Assembly: GCA_002104945.1 (NCBI GenBank)
Contig: MCFH01000011.1
Span: 868,001 to 932,000 of the forward strand
Direction of reading: 5' to 3'
Source: Piromyces finnis finn
Lineage: Eukaryota > Fungi > Neocallimastigomycota
DNA length: 64,000 nucleotides
Shown here: one piece after another, positions 34,772 to 46,486 of the stretch
Layout: each line of letters begins with the position of its first letter
Position numbering within the stretch: the stretch's first letter is position 1
Made by a program: the position numbers and the translations under genes
The notes under the pieces: generated by a model
The model's database searches: none
Told to the model about the DNA's origin: nothing
Seen by the model: the letters and a program-made list of their open reading frames with translations, nothing else

Positions 34772-37475
34772 TTCTTTAAATTGCATTTCATCAATTTTAT
34801 TTTTTTAAAAATTTATTAATATCTTTCACTAACATTATGTTTTATTATAATTTGTATTACTCATCTAATACATTTCAACACAAATTTCAAAAATTTTTTT
34901 TTATGAATGTTAAATTTCAATTCAATAATTTTTGATCCAACAATTTTATCAATTTATTTAATTTAAGACACAAAATTTTTATAATGAAAATTAAATATTT
35001 AAAGAGAATAATTTTCAATTTATTTTAGCAGTACAATTACAAATATTTATATGTTGTTAATGCTTATTTTATTCTCTATTCAATAGTATCAATTTCAATA
35101 TTGTCACCATCTCGATCGATCATTAAAATCAATAGTCTTCAGTGACATTTTTTCAAAAAGTTTAGTTCAAAATTTTTTTTTGTATTTAATGAAAAAATTT
35201 TTTATTATTAAAAATTTTTCAAAAATTTCAAAAAATTTTTTTTTCAAAATCATATTAATTAAAGTTTATTTGATCAATTTTTGAAATTTCAATTATTTTA
35301 GCAAATGTTAACATTTTTCAAAAATAAAAAGTGTTTCAATATCCTAGGAATAATATTTCTTATTCAAATTTTAATTTTTCGTACGAATTTCAATTTTTTC
35401 ACTCAATGATCAATTTAAATTTCAACATTTCTTTCAAAAATTTTATGAATTTGACTGAATGTTACACAAGAAAATGTTTTTTAATTTTATTTCATATATT
35501 GCAATATATTCAACATATTATATTAAATATATTCTTTATTTAGTTACCATTTTATTTCATGTTACACATACAACTATATATTGGTTTATATTTAATATAT
35601 ACTACTTCAATTTATTTCAATTATACTTTATTATACAACTTTATTTTATATTATTTCAATCGCCTGGTATTCGATTTTTTTTGGCGGAGCGATGTCACGA
35701 ATACTAGTGAAATTACAATTTCAAGATCACTTGGAATTGTGAAATCACTTATGAAAATTCAAAATCAACAAATATTTTATTTTCAAATAAATTATAAAAT
35801 TTTATTAAGAAATATTTAAAAATTTAGAAAAGGTTAAAATATGACCTTAACCCTTAATAATTTTTATAATAAATAACTTTAACCCTTATCGTTAAAATGG
35901 AATAAGAAAAAACACGCGTATCTCCTCAACGAATGACGATTTTTGAATAAAAATGTTTTGGTTATAATTAAGTTCGTTAGAAAGCCACGCTCGAGACAAA
36001 CAACATATCTTAAAATCAGGTCAATATCTCTGCTGGTTCACGAGATATTCCAATTTAAAGATATTTTGTTAGCAATGATTAATTGTTTATTCAGAGAATG
36101 ATCACCCCTGATATATCAAACATAAATCATTCACTCAAAGTATAAAAAATTATTGTTTAATTAAATTAAAATTATTTTCCGGAACTAATTAACTTTATTT
36201 TATAATAATTATTTCAATAACATAATTTATAATCTTTGAACTAGAGGATTATAATTATTAATATTATATTCAATGAATTATATTATAATTAAGAAATAAT
36301 TAATATTATGAATATTATAAACAATAGTTATTTTTTAATAATTAGGAATAAGTCTTAAGTTTAGTTTAAGTATTATAAAATATATTATGAATATAATCAT
36401 GTATTGAAAAGTTATTTTATTATTAAATGTAAAATTACAAATAGTATAAATAGTTTAGAATAGTTTTATGAATTAAATCTTTGTAAAGATTATTATCTTA
36501 TTAATACTTAATAAGTATTACTATTAAATAATCTTATTATTATATATATTCTTTAAATAAAATAAAAAGGAATTATTTTAACTATAATACATAATATAAT
36601 TATTCATTTATAAATCAATTAAGATTATTTTAATAAAACATTTTTTTTTTCTAACCTAGTTATCTTTTAACCTTTTATTTAATTTAATATTTTAATATTA
36701 AATTATAAGTTTAGTAAAACTTTTACATTAATACGTATTTAAAATAATGTACAATGTATTGAATTAATGTACCGTAAATCTTTACAAAATTTATATCACA
36801 ATACATTAACATAAATCTATGTGAAATTTAATTTTATGATAAGATAAAGTTTTTGATGATAGAATAAAATTTTAAATTAAATAAATTTTAACCAATAAAT
36901 ATTTTAGATAATAAAAAATTTTTTTATAAACTAAGCCTCAAAATTAGAAATAAATAAATTGAATATATGTTTGAAATATAATCAACCATATAGTAAATAA
37001 ATCAAAACTTTATTTTAAGTTTAGAAAATTCTTTAGTAAATAAATTGAATTTAAATAGTTTAATACAAATAATTTCTTTTAATAAATGTATAAATATAAA
37101 CAATGTAAAATTATAATATTAAAACATGTATATTAGAATTTATTCAATTTATTTAAAAAGTATAAATAAAGAAAATTTTTCAACTATTGAAACGATAGTT
37201 GGAAAATCGTATAGGTTAATTTTGTTTAGATAAATTAACATTAGTTTATAATTAGTTTATAGTTTAGATTAATAATTTTAGTTTTAAATAAATATAAATT
37301 GATTACCTAGTGAGGGCTCTGGTAAAATATCCTTCACGGTAAAGTAATCAACGGTTGTTTAGTTAGTATAGTTTTAAAAATAAATAAATAAATAAATAAA
37401 AATTATTATTAAAAATAATTAGTTTAATTGTTAGTTTAGTGTTGTATACAAACCTGAACTTTAAAATATTTTACA

Positions 37476-37486
37476 ATTTTCCAACT
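37476..37486 (+). promoter_or_regulatory. Self-priming PBS of family C (ATTTTCCAACT)
   Basis: Exact complement AGTTGGAAAAT at 37197-37207 in the LTR. TATAAAT at 37161. Confidence 0.8.
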
Positions 37487-37534
37487 TATTAGAATAGGAA
37501 GTTCACCTTTGTATACCAATAGTAATAGAAAATA

Positions 37535-37572
<38 letters not shown>

Positions 37573-37626
37573 TATAGTGAGAATTTAATAATAGAATTAA
37601 ATTCGGGGATTATATAAAATATATTA

Positions 37627-37665
<39 letters not shown>

Positions 37666-37984
37666 TTTGTTAGAAATTAATTTTAGTTAATTTCGGGGTA
37701 TTTTATAATTATTTGGTATAGAATAATTTGTTGTTAAAATAGTTTAATAGTTAATAATCAATAAATAGTAATAATAAAAATATATTAGTTTGGTTAATAA
37801 CTAGTTGTTAGTTTAGTAGTAGTAAATAATAAAAAGGTTAGTATAGTATAATAATAAGGTTGTTAAATTATTTATTTAATATAAGAATATAAGAATAAAA
37901 TAATTAGGAATAGTCAAGTTGAATAGTATAAATAATTGGGATATTAAATATTGGTTGACTATTTGTTGTTTATTAAGTAGTAAT

Positions 37985-40900
37985 ATGAATACTAGATATA
38001 GAATGTTAGACAACCGTGACGATGGAATAGCTGGAGCCAGTGACGCAGGCTCTGAGGCGAGTTCCATGATGGACATTGAGGATGAGACTGGTAAAAGCGT
38101 TAACACCAGGGGAAGACTCATCCCAAAACCTCCAAGATTTTCAGGAAAAAGAAGTGAACTTCTTTACTTCCTGGCAAGATTGGAGAAATATTTCAAATAT
38201 AACTTAGAAGAAGATGCTACCAACGCCTACAAGCTGGATATCTTGGGATGCTACCTGGAAGGAACCGCCGCCGAATGGTTTGCCGACTTGGAAAGAGAAG
38301 AAAGCCCCCTGTTGAACTCCTATGAAGATTTTATTGAGGCAATGAAGGCTCGCTATAAAACCTGTAACAGTGCCGATGTAGCCAACAGTCGACTTGCAAA
38401 ATTGAAGTCAAGTCAATTCAAGAACGTCATGGACTACTGCGAAGAATTTGAAAAGATGGCTAGAGACTCGTCTTTTAACGATGAAGCGAAAATCCATTTC
38501 TTTATGGAAGGTTTACCAACTTCAGTCAAGGAAAAAGCTAAGCTCCTTTACCCAAGAATTAGGAAGTTAACTGAGTTAATTAATGTCGTTGCTGCCAATG
38601 TAGAATTAGAATGGAAAGTCTTTGGAAAAGATCCTATGGATGTCGACGGAAAGAAGAACCGAAGATATAACAGAGACTTAGGATCAAGGTACCTCTCTTA
38701 TGGTGTAAAATATAGAAATTATGTAGACCAAGAAAGCCCCACTACCTCAGCTAAGCCTAGAAAATGTTTCTTCTGCAAAAGGACTGGACATGTTAAAAAG
38801 GATTGTCCTCAACTTAAGGACAAGGTTATAAATAGACCAAAAGCATTCATGGCTACTACCGCTGGAAGAAGAATGTTAAATGTTTATGACATTCTATTAC
38901 AAGTCAATAATGGAGTGTATCTTAAAGCTCTTGTGGATTCTGGTTCGGACTTAGACTTTTTGGATTGGAAAGCCGTGGACAAGTACAAGATCCCATTCCA
39001 AAGAATGTTTAAGGATAAGTTTGTTGAAGGTATAGGTGGTAATGGATTCTTGAAGTATGAAACAATTCCTTTAATCATGAACATCAAGAATCATAAAGAA
39101 TCCATTCAATTCTACCTTACTGATCTTCCTTCTGGTATTTCTGTCATTCTGGGTAAGAATTGGTTAAGAAAACACGATCCTACAATTAGCTTTAAGGATC
39201 AAACTCTTGAATTCAAATCCGAATTCTGTTCTTTGAATTGCTGTGCTACTCCAGAAGACATGAAAAGAAGAAATCAAGAAGCGCAATTGGCCAAAGAAGA
39301 AGAAAGAAGAAAAGAAAAGGAACTCGTACAAGAAATACTTAACAATTATAAGAATAGTTTAAAAATTAGAGAAAGTGAAATTAGGAATAAAGAAAATAGA
39401 AAAATTATAGATAAAAATAAAAATTCATGTATTAAAAAGAAATGTAGTAAAAATTTAAAATTAAATAAAAAGAATGTTCAAAAGTATATTGTATGTAGTG
39501 TTCTTTCAAATGATGAAAATAGTGGTGAAGATGTTAGAGAAAATATTGTAGAAATTCCAGATGTATATAAGGAATTTGAAAATGTATTTGATGAAGTTGA
39601 GTGTAATGAACTACCTCCACATCGAATATACGATTGTAAAATAAGATTGAAAGATAAAGATAACTTATTTTATGGTCCTTTATACCCTCTAACAGAAGAA
39701 GAAAGGAATACGTTAAAGGAGTATATTTCTGAAAATCTAGAAAAAGGATTTATAAGACCGTCTACTTCACCTGCTGGAGCACCTGTGCTATTTGTTAGGA
39801 AAAAGGATGGAACTTTAAGATTGTGTGTTGATTACCGAAGACTCAATGAAAACACAATCAGGGATTCATATCCACTACCTCTCATATCTGAATTATTCGA
39901 TAGATTAAGAGAAGCCAAAGTTTTTACTAAACTTGATCTCAAGTCTGCTTATAATCTAGTTCGAATAAATGAAGGTGATGAATATAAAACTGCATTTAGG
40001 ACAAGATTTGGTCACTTTGAATATCTTGTCATGCCGTTTGGATTAAAAAACGCTCCTGCAACTTTCCAACATTTTATCAATGATGTTCTCGGGGAATACT
40101 TGGATGAATTCGCCTTTTCTTATATTGATGATATTCTTATCTATTCGAAAAACTTGGAAGAACACCGAAAGCATGTAAAGAAAGTTCTTCAAAGATTAAA
40201 AGAAAATGGTCTTTATGCGAAACTTAGCAAATGTGAATTTGAAACTTCAGAAACTACTTTCTTAGGGCATGTTATCTCAGATAAAGGAATCTCTATGGAT
40301 CCAAAGAAGGTTAAAGCTATTATGGAATGGCCTGTACCAACATCTGTTAAAGAAGTGCAATCATTTATCGGATTATGTAATTATTATAGAAGATTTATTC
40401 CAAACTTTGCTAGTATTGCTAAACCGTTACATAATCTAACTAAGAAAGATGTCAATTTTCATTGGCCAGAAGAATGTAATGAAGCTTTTTGTATATTAAA
40501 GAAATTCTTTACCGAGGAACCAATTTTAATTCATGCTGATCCTGAATTACCTTTTGTGGTTGAGACAGATGCAAGTAATTTCGCAATCGGTGCCGTATTA
40601 TCTCAAAGATTACCGGATAATAACGAGCTTCATCCAATTTGTTATTATTCAAGGGGATTGACTAAATCGGAAAAGAATTATCCTATTTATGATAAGGAAC
40701 TTTTGGCTGTTATTGAAGCTTTGAAACAATGGAGACACTACTTAGAAGGAGCCAAGCATCAATTTATGATCTATACGGATCATAAAAATCTTACCTTTCC
40801 TAGAAAGCCTGAACTATTGTCGCAAAGACAAATTCGCTGGAATTTGTTTTTGACCCGTTATGATTTCAAAATACAATATAGACCGGGTAAAGAAGGTGGA

Positions 40901-42487
40901 AAACCTGATGCTTTTTCAAGACGTCCTGATTATGAAGAAGATAAAAGTAATAAAGAAGACGAAGAAGCCTATTCTTGCTTGACAGTTAAAGAAATCGAAG
41001 ATACTTTATGTCTTGTGTCTATTCAAGGGAATCTCAAAGAAGATTTAATTAAAGAAATTAAAGAAGATGAAGAAATTAAGGAGTTAATAAATATTCTACA
41101 AGGAAAATCTACCGCAAGTAAGAAGTATAAGAAGTTAATGAAGAATTTTAAGTTAAGCGAAGAGGGAATTCTTTTGTATAAAAGTTTAATTTATGCACCA
41201 AAGAAAATGAGAGATATAATAATCTCAATGCATCATGACAATCCAATTCATGGTCATTTTGGTATTATTAAAACAAAAGAATTAATTACAAGAAACTTTG
41301 TTTGGATAAACATGACTCAAGATATAGTTAAGTTTATTGCTTCTTGTAAAGTTTGTGGAGCTGCTAAGGTTGATCGTCATAGACCTTATGGACTTTTACA
41401 GCCGCTACCAACTCCTGAAAGACCGTGGTCTTCTGTTTCTATGGATTTTATAACTGATTTGCCAAAGTCAAAGGAAAAAACAGTTATAATGGTTGTTGTG
41501 GATAGATTAACGAAGATGGCCCACTTTATTCCGTTTAGAATGATTCCTACTGCTCAAATTGCTGCTGATGTTTTCTTTAGAGAAGTTTTTCGTTTACATG
41601 GTCTACCTGATGAAATAATATCGGATCGAGGAACCCAGTTTACTTCAGAATTTTGGCAAAGATTATGCACTTTGTTGAACATAAAGCACAATATCTCGAG
41701 TGCTCATCATCCTCAAACAGACGGGCAGACTGAACGTGTAAATAGTATTTTAGAACAATTTCTTAGATGTTATATTAACAAAAGAAAAGATAACTGGATG
41801 AACCTTTTGCCTTATGCTGAATTTGCGTATAATAATACACTTCAGCAATCCATAAATCAAACACCATTCTTTGCAAATTATGGGCAAAATCCAAGATTTA
41901 GTACCGAAATTCCTGCTGATAGCGACAATAGAAGAGCTAACAGGCACGCCTCTCAGATGCAAGATAATATTAAATTTTTAAAGAAGAACTTAGAAAAAGC
42001 CAAGAAAAGATATAAGAAGTATGCCGATTGTATTAGACTTATTGGACCTAAGTTAAAGGTTGGTGACTTAGTTTGGTTAAAGCGTCCTGACTTACTTCCT
42101 AAAGGACCTCCAAAATTAACAAATAAGAAACTTGGACCATTTAAGATTATTGAAAAAACAGGACCCGTTTCTTATAAATTGGAACTACCAGAAAGTTTAA
42201 GATGTCATCCCGTTTTCCATATTTCGAACTTAGAACCTTATGTTGAAAGAGAAGTTGAAGTGAATGAATCAACTTCTAGAATTCCAAACATTGCTACCGA
42301 TTCTGCTGAAGGAAGAATTCCATTGAAGATAGTTAGTGAAAAAGTTATTAATGGAACTAAGTACTACTTTATGGTTTGGAAAAACTTATTACCTTCAGAA
42401 AGTACATGGCTTAAAGAAGATGAAATCGATGACCCTCAATTGATCCAGGAATACCTTAAATATAAGTCGCTCAGGGGCTCGACTTAA
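37985..42487 (+). CDS. Gag-Pol polyprotein, family C, 1500 aa from first ATG
   Basis: PKPPRFSG, CFFCKRTGHVKKDC, LVDSGS, MPFGL, YIDD, TDAS, HHCC/DDE, GPF, chromodomain-like YYFMVWKN..ESTW. Confidence 0.96.
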   Translation: MNTRYRMLDNRDDGIAGASDAGSEASSMMDIEDETGKSVNTRGRLIPKPPRFSGKRSELLYFLARLEKYFKYNLEEDATNAYKLDILGCYLEGTAAEWFADLEREESPLLNSYEDFIEAMKARYKTCNSADVANSRLAKLKSSQFKNVMDYCEEFEKMARDSSFNDEAKIHFFMEGLPTSVKEKAKLLYPRIRKLTELINVVAANVELEWKVFGKDPMDVDGKKNRRYNRDLGSRYLSYGVKYRNYVDQESPTTSAKPRKCFFCKRTGHVKKDCPQLKDKVINRPKAFMATTAGRRMLNVYDILLQVNNGVYLKALVDSGSDLDFLDWKAVDKYKIPFQRMFKDKFVEGIGGNGFLKYETIPLIMNIKNHKESIQFYLTDLPSGISVILGKNWLRKHDPTISFKDQTLEFKSEFCSLNCCATPEDMKRRNQEAQLAKEEERRKEKELVQEILNNYKNSLKIRESEIRNKENRKIIDKNKNSCIKKKCSKNLKLNKKNVQKYIVCSVLSNDENSGEDVRENIVEIPDVYKEFENVFDEVECNELPPHRIYDCKIRLKDKDNLFYGPLYPLTEEERNTLKEYISENLEKGFIRPSTSPAGAPVLFVRKKDGTLRLCVDYRRLNENTIRDSYPLPLISELFDRLREAKVFTKLDLKSAYNLVRINEGDEYKTAFRTRFGHFEYLVMPFGLKNAPATFQHFINDVLGEYLDEFAFSYIDDILIYSKNLEEHRKHVKKVLQRLKENGLYAKLSKCEFETSETTFLGHVISDKGISMDPKKVKAIMEWPVPTSVKEVQSFIGLCNYYRRFIPNFASIAKPLHNLTKKDVNFHWPEECNEAFCILKKFFTEEPILIHADPELPFVVETDASNFAIGAVLSQRLPDNNELHPICYYSRGLTKSEKNYPIYDKELLAVIEALKQWRHYLEGAKHQFMIYTDHKNLTFPRKPELLSQRQIRWNLFLTRYDFKIQYRPGKEGGKPDAFSRRPDYEEDKSNKEDEEAYSCLTVKEIEDTLCLVSIQGNLKEDLIKEIKEDEEIKELINILQGKSTASKKYKKLMKNFKLSEEGILLYKSLIYAPKKMRDIIISMHHDNPIHGHFGIIKTKELITRNFVWINMTQDIVKFIASCKVCGAAKVDRHRPYGLLQPLPTPERPWSSVSMDFITDLPKSKEKTVIMVVVDRLTKMAHFIPFRMIPTAQIAADVFFREVFRLHGLPDEIISDRGTQFTSEFWQRLCTLLNIKHNISSAHHPQTDGQTERVNSILEQFLRCYINKRKDNWMNLLPYAEFAYNNTLQQSINQTPFFANYGQNPRFSTEIPADSDNRRANRHASQMQDNIKFLKKNLEKAKKRYKKYADCIRLIGPKLKVGDLVWLKRPDLLPKGPPKLTNKKLGPFKIIEKTGPVSYKLELPESLRCHPVFHISNLEPYVEREVEVNESTSRIPNIATDSAEGRIPLKIVSEKVINGTKYYFMVWKNLLPSESTWLKEDEIDDPQLIQEYLKYKSLRGST

Positions 42488-42498
42488 GAAGAGGGGCA

Positions 42499-43332
42499 TG
42501 TAAAATATTGTATTAATAGAATAATGTATTTAATACGTATTTAAAATAATGTACAATGTATTGAATTAATGTACCGTAAATCTTTACAAAATTTATATCA
42601 CAATACATTAACATAAATCTATGTGAAATCTAAAGTTACGATAAAATAATGTATTACAATACATTAACATAAATTTATGTAAATTTAATTTTATGATAAG
42701 ATAAAGTTTTTGATGATAGAATAAAATTTTAAATTAAATAAATTTTAACCAATAAATATTTTAGATAATAAAAAATTTTTTTATAAACTAAGCCTCAAAA
42801 TTAGAAATAAATAAATTGAATATATGTTTGAAATATAATCAACCATATAGTAAATATATCAAAACTTTATTTTAAGTTTAGAAAATTCTTTAGTAAATAA
42901 ATTGAATTTAAATAGTTTAATACAAATAATTTCTTTTAATAAATGTATAAATATAAACAATGTAAAATTATAATATTAAAACATGTATATTAGAATTTAT
43001 TCAATTTATTTAAAAAGTATAAATAAAGAAAATTTTTCAACTATTGAAACGATAGTTGGAAAATCGTATAGGTTAATTTTGTTTAGATAAATTAACATTA
43101 GTTTATAATTAGTTTATAGTTTAGATTAATAATTTTAGTTTTAAATAAATATAAATTGATTACCTAGTGAGGGCTCTGGTAAAATATCCTTCACGGTAAA
43201 GTAATCAACGGTTGTTTAGTTAGTATAGTTTTAAAAATAAATAAATAAATAAATAAAAATTATTATTAAAAATAATTAGTTTAATTGTTAGTTTAGTGTT
43301 GTATACAAACCTGAACTTTAAAATATTTTACA
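42499..43332 (+). repeat. Family C 3' LTR (834 bp)
   Basis: TGTAAAAT...TTTTACA. 55 bp longer than the reconstructed 5' LTR (779 bp). Confidence 0.93.
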
Positions 43333-43337
43333 TATTG

Positions 43338-44043
43338 TCATGCGAGGCAAAAATAAAGAATATAATATTTTTGATGCCCTAAATAATACTAACGCTGATA
43401 TCTCCTCTGCGCAATTGCTTGCAGTCAGTCCTATCATCAGAAGACTTTGTGCTAAAGGTTTAAAACTTGATCCAAATGACGTTAAAAAAATAAACGCCAT
43501 TAAAAATATGGATCTTAATGATGATGATATTAATTCATTTATTAATATCATTAATGAAAATTATAATAATAACGATAATGATAATGATGTTGAAGATAGA
43601 GACGATGATGATAATATCAATATAGCAGATAATGAAATTAATGTCATTAATAAAGTTAACATTGCTTCTGTCATTGGTTCAATTGATAATAACATTGTCC
43701 GAGTTTTAGTAGATACTGGTTCTGATGTTAATGTTATTACCAAATCCTTCTTTAATTTAATTACAGCAAATCATAATATTACACATTTTAAGAGAACTTT
43801 CTTTAAATTAGTTAGCAAACAAGTTATTTCAATCAAGCTGTTAATTTAACTCTTAAATTCAGTGATTTAAAGATCTATGCATTATTCTGGATTCTAGAAG
43901 ATGAAGATTCATGTTATGATATTATATTAGGTCGTCAATCTCAAAAGGATCATAGATTATACATTGATCCTGATGATGATTCTCTCTACATGAAAACTAA
44001 TTCATCTGCTATTATGGTTGCTCGTCCTTCAAATTTCAAATAA
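43338..44043 (+). pseudogene. Host relic X, right half: gag-linker + aspartic protease with a frameshift; no RT follows
   Basis: YNIFDALNNTNADISSAQLLAVSP..VLVDTGSDVNVI. A second frame gives AVNLTLKF..YDIILGRQSQKDHRLYIDP..*. Confidence 0.78.
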
Positions 44044-44065
44044 AATAAAAATAATGTTTCAAACA

Positions 44066-44594
44066 TGTAAAGATATCAAACGCCTCAACTTGATATCTTT
44101 AATGTAACTTAAGCCATAAGTATTATTGTTTAAGTTACACAAATTATATTCAGAAAAAGAAAATGAGACATAATTTATTTATTAATAATTAAAGTTTAAA
44201 ACAAAATAAATTATTAATTTATTTTTAATGTTTAACAAGTAAATTAAAATTCTCAATTTAAATCCCTAGTTTTAGTATTGTTTTTTTCATAGAAATAGAT
44301 AAATAATATATAAATAATAAATGATTAATATTTCAATAATACATGGGCACATATTCAAATTGAATAGTACTTAATTTGAATTGCCAATTGTATTTTACTA
44401 AAAATAGTTATAGTTTAAATATTTATTAATAATTAAGATTTTAGTGTAGATTTTAAATAATAATATATAAGAAATAAATAGTTATAATATAATATAAATG
44501 TATTTAGGAAAAATATAAATAGAAGATATTTTTCATCATTTTATTGATGTAATTTTATTAATAAAATTTCTATTATAATAAAAGATATTTTATA
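44066..44594 (+). mobile_element. Solo LTR, family W
   Basis: Starts TGTAAAGATATC and ends TTTTATA (CA->TA). Flanked by AAACA at 44061-44065 and 44595-44599. Related copies at ~46967-47223 (-) and ~47680-48009 (+). Confidence 0.65.
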
Positions 44595-45075
44595 AAACAA
44601 TTTTTTATTTTATTTTTCAAATTTTGTGTTATTGTAATAGAATAGATATCCTAATCTATTCTTTCTGTGTCAACATTACAAAATATTTCAATAATTCATT
44701 ATTTCAATCCATCAAATATTAATGAATCACAATTTAATTCATCCAAAAATAATATTAAAACTCAAAATCTTTATTCGACTTTTAACAATAAAAACAAAAT
44801 TCCATATTCAATTAAATTTCGACATTTATTTATATTTAAAAATAAATACTTTTATTCAAAATATCACATTTTTCATTCAAATTCCAGCAAATTCCCAAAA
44901 AGAATTAGAAACGATTTACTTATTAAATATTAAATTAATAAGTCAAATCTTGTCGGTCTTGATGAGGCAGAAAAAACGCCAATTATTCACGAAAAATGCT
45001 ACAAAATCAATATATTTAAGTACAAAAATAATATTCGATTTAAACCAACATTTAAACTTCAAAAATATAATTACT

Positions 45076-46236
45076 TGTAATGAAGTATATCTAATGATAA
45101 GGGTTAGACTAGAAAATCATTAAGGTTAGTGTAAAAGTATAAAATTTAAAACAGATTTTATACTTAAAACAAAATAATTTTTATTAACACAAAAATAAAG
45201 AAATAAAACATTAAATTTTTATTTTAAGAAAACATTTTATTTAAACTCTTAAAAATATTATTAACTATATAATAGTTAATAATTAAAAAATTGAAAATAA
45301 CAATTACATCGATTTAACAAATAAAAATTACATGTATTTATATTTTTTCATAATTATATTCTAATATATTATTCTATTTAAATAAACATATATTTAATAT
45401 AAAATAAACAAAACTAATTTAATTAAATAATAAAATAACAGAACTAAACTAAACTAATTCATTATACTTTTAATTCAATTTGAGTAAACTCAAAATTGAA
45501 TAAAGCCCATGTATTTTCTATAAATTAATTTAATATTATCAATACTATTCTTAATATATTTCCTATTGAAATATAAATAAATCTATTTTTAAAACTAAGT
45601 TAAAATTATTAAACTATTCTAAATTTAAATAAAAAAGTATAATCTATTCTAAAATTAAATAAAAAGTATTTAAAAAATATTTTAATTATTTTAAATATTT
45701 GAAATATTTAAATTTAATTAAAATTCTTTTATTCCTTAAATTTAAATATTTATCTTAATTTAAATTTTACGGAATTATTATAAAATAATTTATTATTAAA
45801 TTATTCCATAAAATTTACTCAAAAATTTTATAATCAGTTTTACTAAATATTAATTTATTATTTAATAATTAATAATTAATTATTAAATAATCTAAAGATA
45901 TATATTATATCTTTACAGTTAGATTAATGAAAATTTCATAATTATATTTTTATAACCAATCATTAAGTAATTAATTCACTTATCAAATTGTATTAAAAAA
46001 AAATAATTTTCATGTATAAAAGAGAGAATAAGAAAGATAAAATAGTTTTTTAGTGTTTTTATTAATAATTAATAAAAATTAGTTTTTTTTGTTTCGCCTT
46101 TAGTTTGATAATACACTGACCTAGCGAGTTAGTCGTATTATAATAATAAATTTAATAAATAAACATTATTAAAAAATATATATATATATTTGATACATTG
46201 GAGTGTGTGTGTTTATTATTATAATATTTCGTTACA
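45076..46236 (+). mobile_element. Solo LTR, family Y copy 1 (368 bp net), interrupted by Z
   Basis: TGTAATG...CGTTACA. TSD TTACT at 45071-45075 and 46237-46241. Confidence 0.92.
45130..45917. mobile_element. Solo LTR-like element Z (788 bp) nested in Y copy 1
   Basis: TGTAAA...TTTACA termini. TSD GTTAG at 45125-45129 and 45918-45922. A degenerate relative lies at ~47300-47560. Confidence 0.85.
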
Positions 46237-46486
46237 TTACTTAAATATTAACAGCAATAAGAAGTTACATTCAAGGAAAAAACGAAATAAGCAAAATAAC
46301 ATAATCACAAAATCATCAAATAATTCTTTTAAAAATATGTATTTCGATTGATATTAACAGCACTTCAGGGAACAACATTGACTTATTTTTCCACTAGACA
46401 AGGAATAAAGTTTCGTACTCTCACATTTAAATCAATAGTTTGTCAAGAAATATCGTGGCACGAGGTAAAAATGGCAGGTGGGTTAG

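Larger units (their letters stand above)
29053..36727 (+). mobile_element. Ty3/Gypsy chromovirus family B, full length, nested in C 5' LTR
   Basis: LTRs 29053-30086 (1034 bp) and 35693-36727 (1035 bp) are near-identical (I noticed one indel and one substitution). TSD TTAAT at 29048-29052 and 36728-36732. Confidence 0.96.
29017..43332 (+). mobile_element. Ty3/Gypsy chromovirus family C, with element B inside its 5' LTR
   Basis: 5' LTR split into 29017-29052 + 36733-37475. 3' LTR 42499-43332. TSD TATTG at 29012-29016 and 43333-43337. PPT AAGAAGAGGGGCA at 42486-42498. Confidence 0.95.

Noticed and set aside
37919-37984. TTG-initiated N-terminal extension of C Gag-Pol (likewise the TTG start at 31166)
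   Set aside because: Eukaryotic context. An in-frame ATG exists at 37985, and B pol is reached by frameshift.
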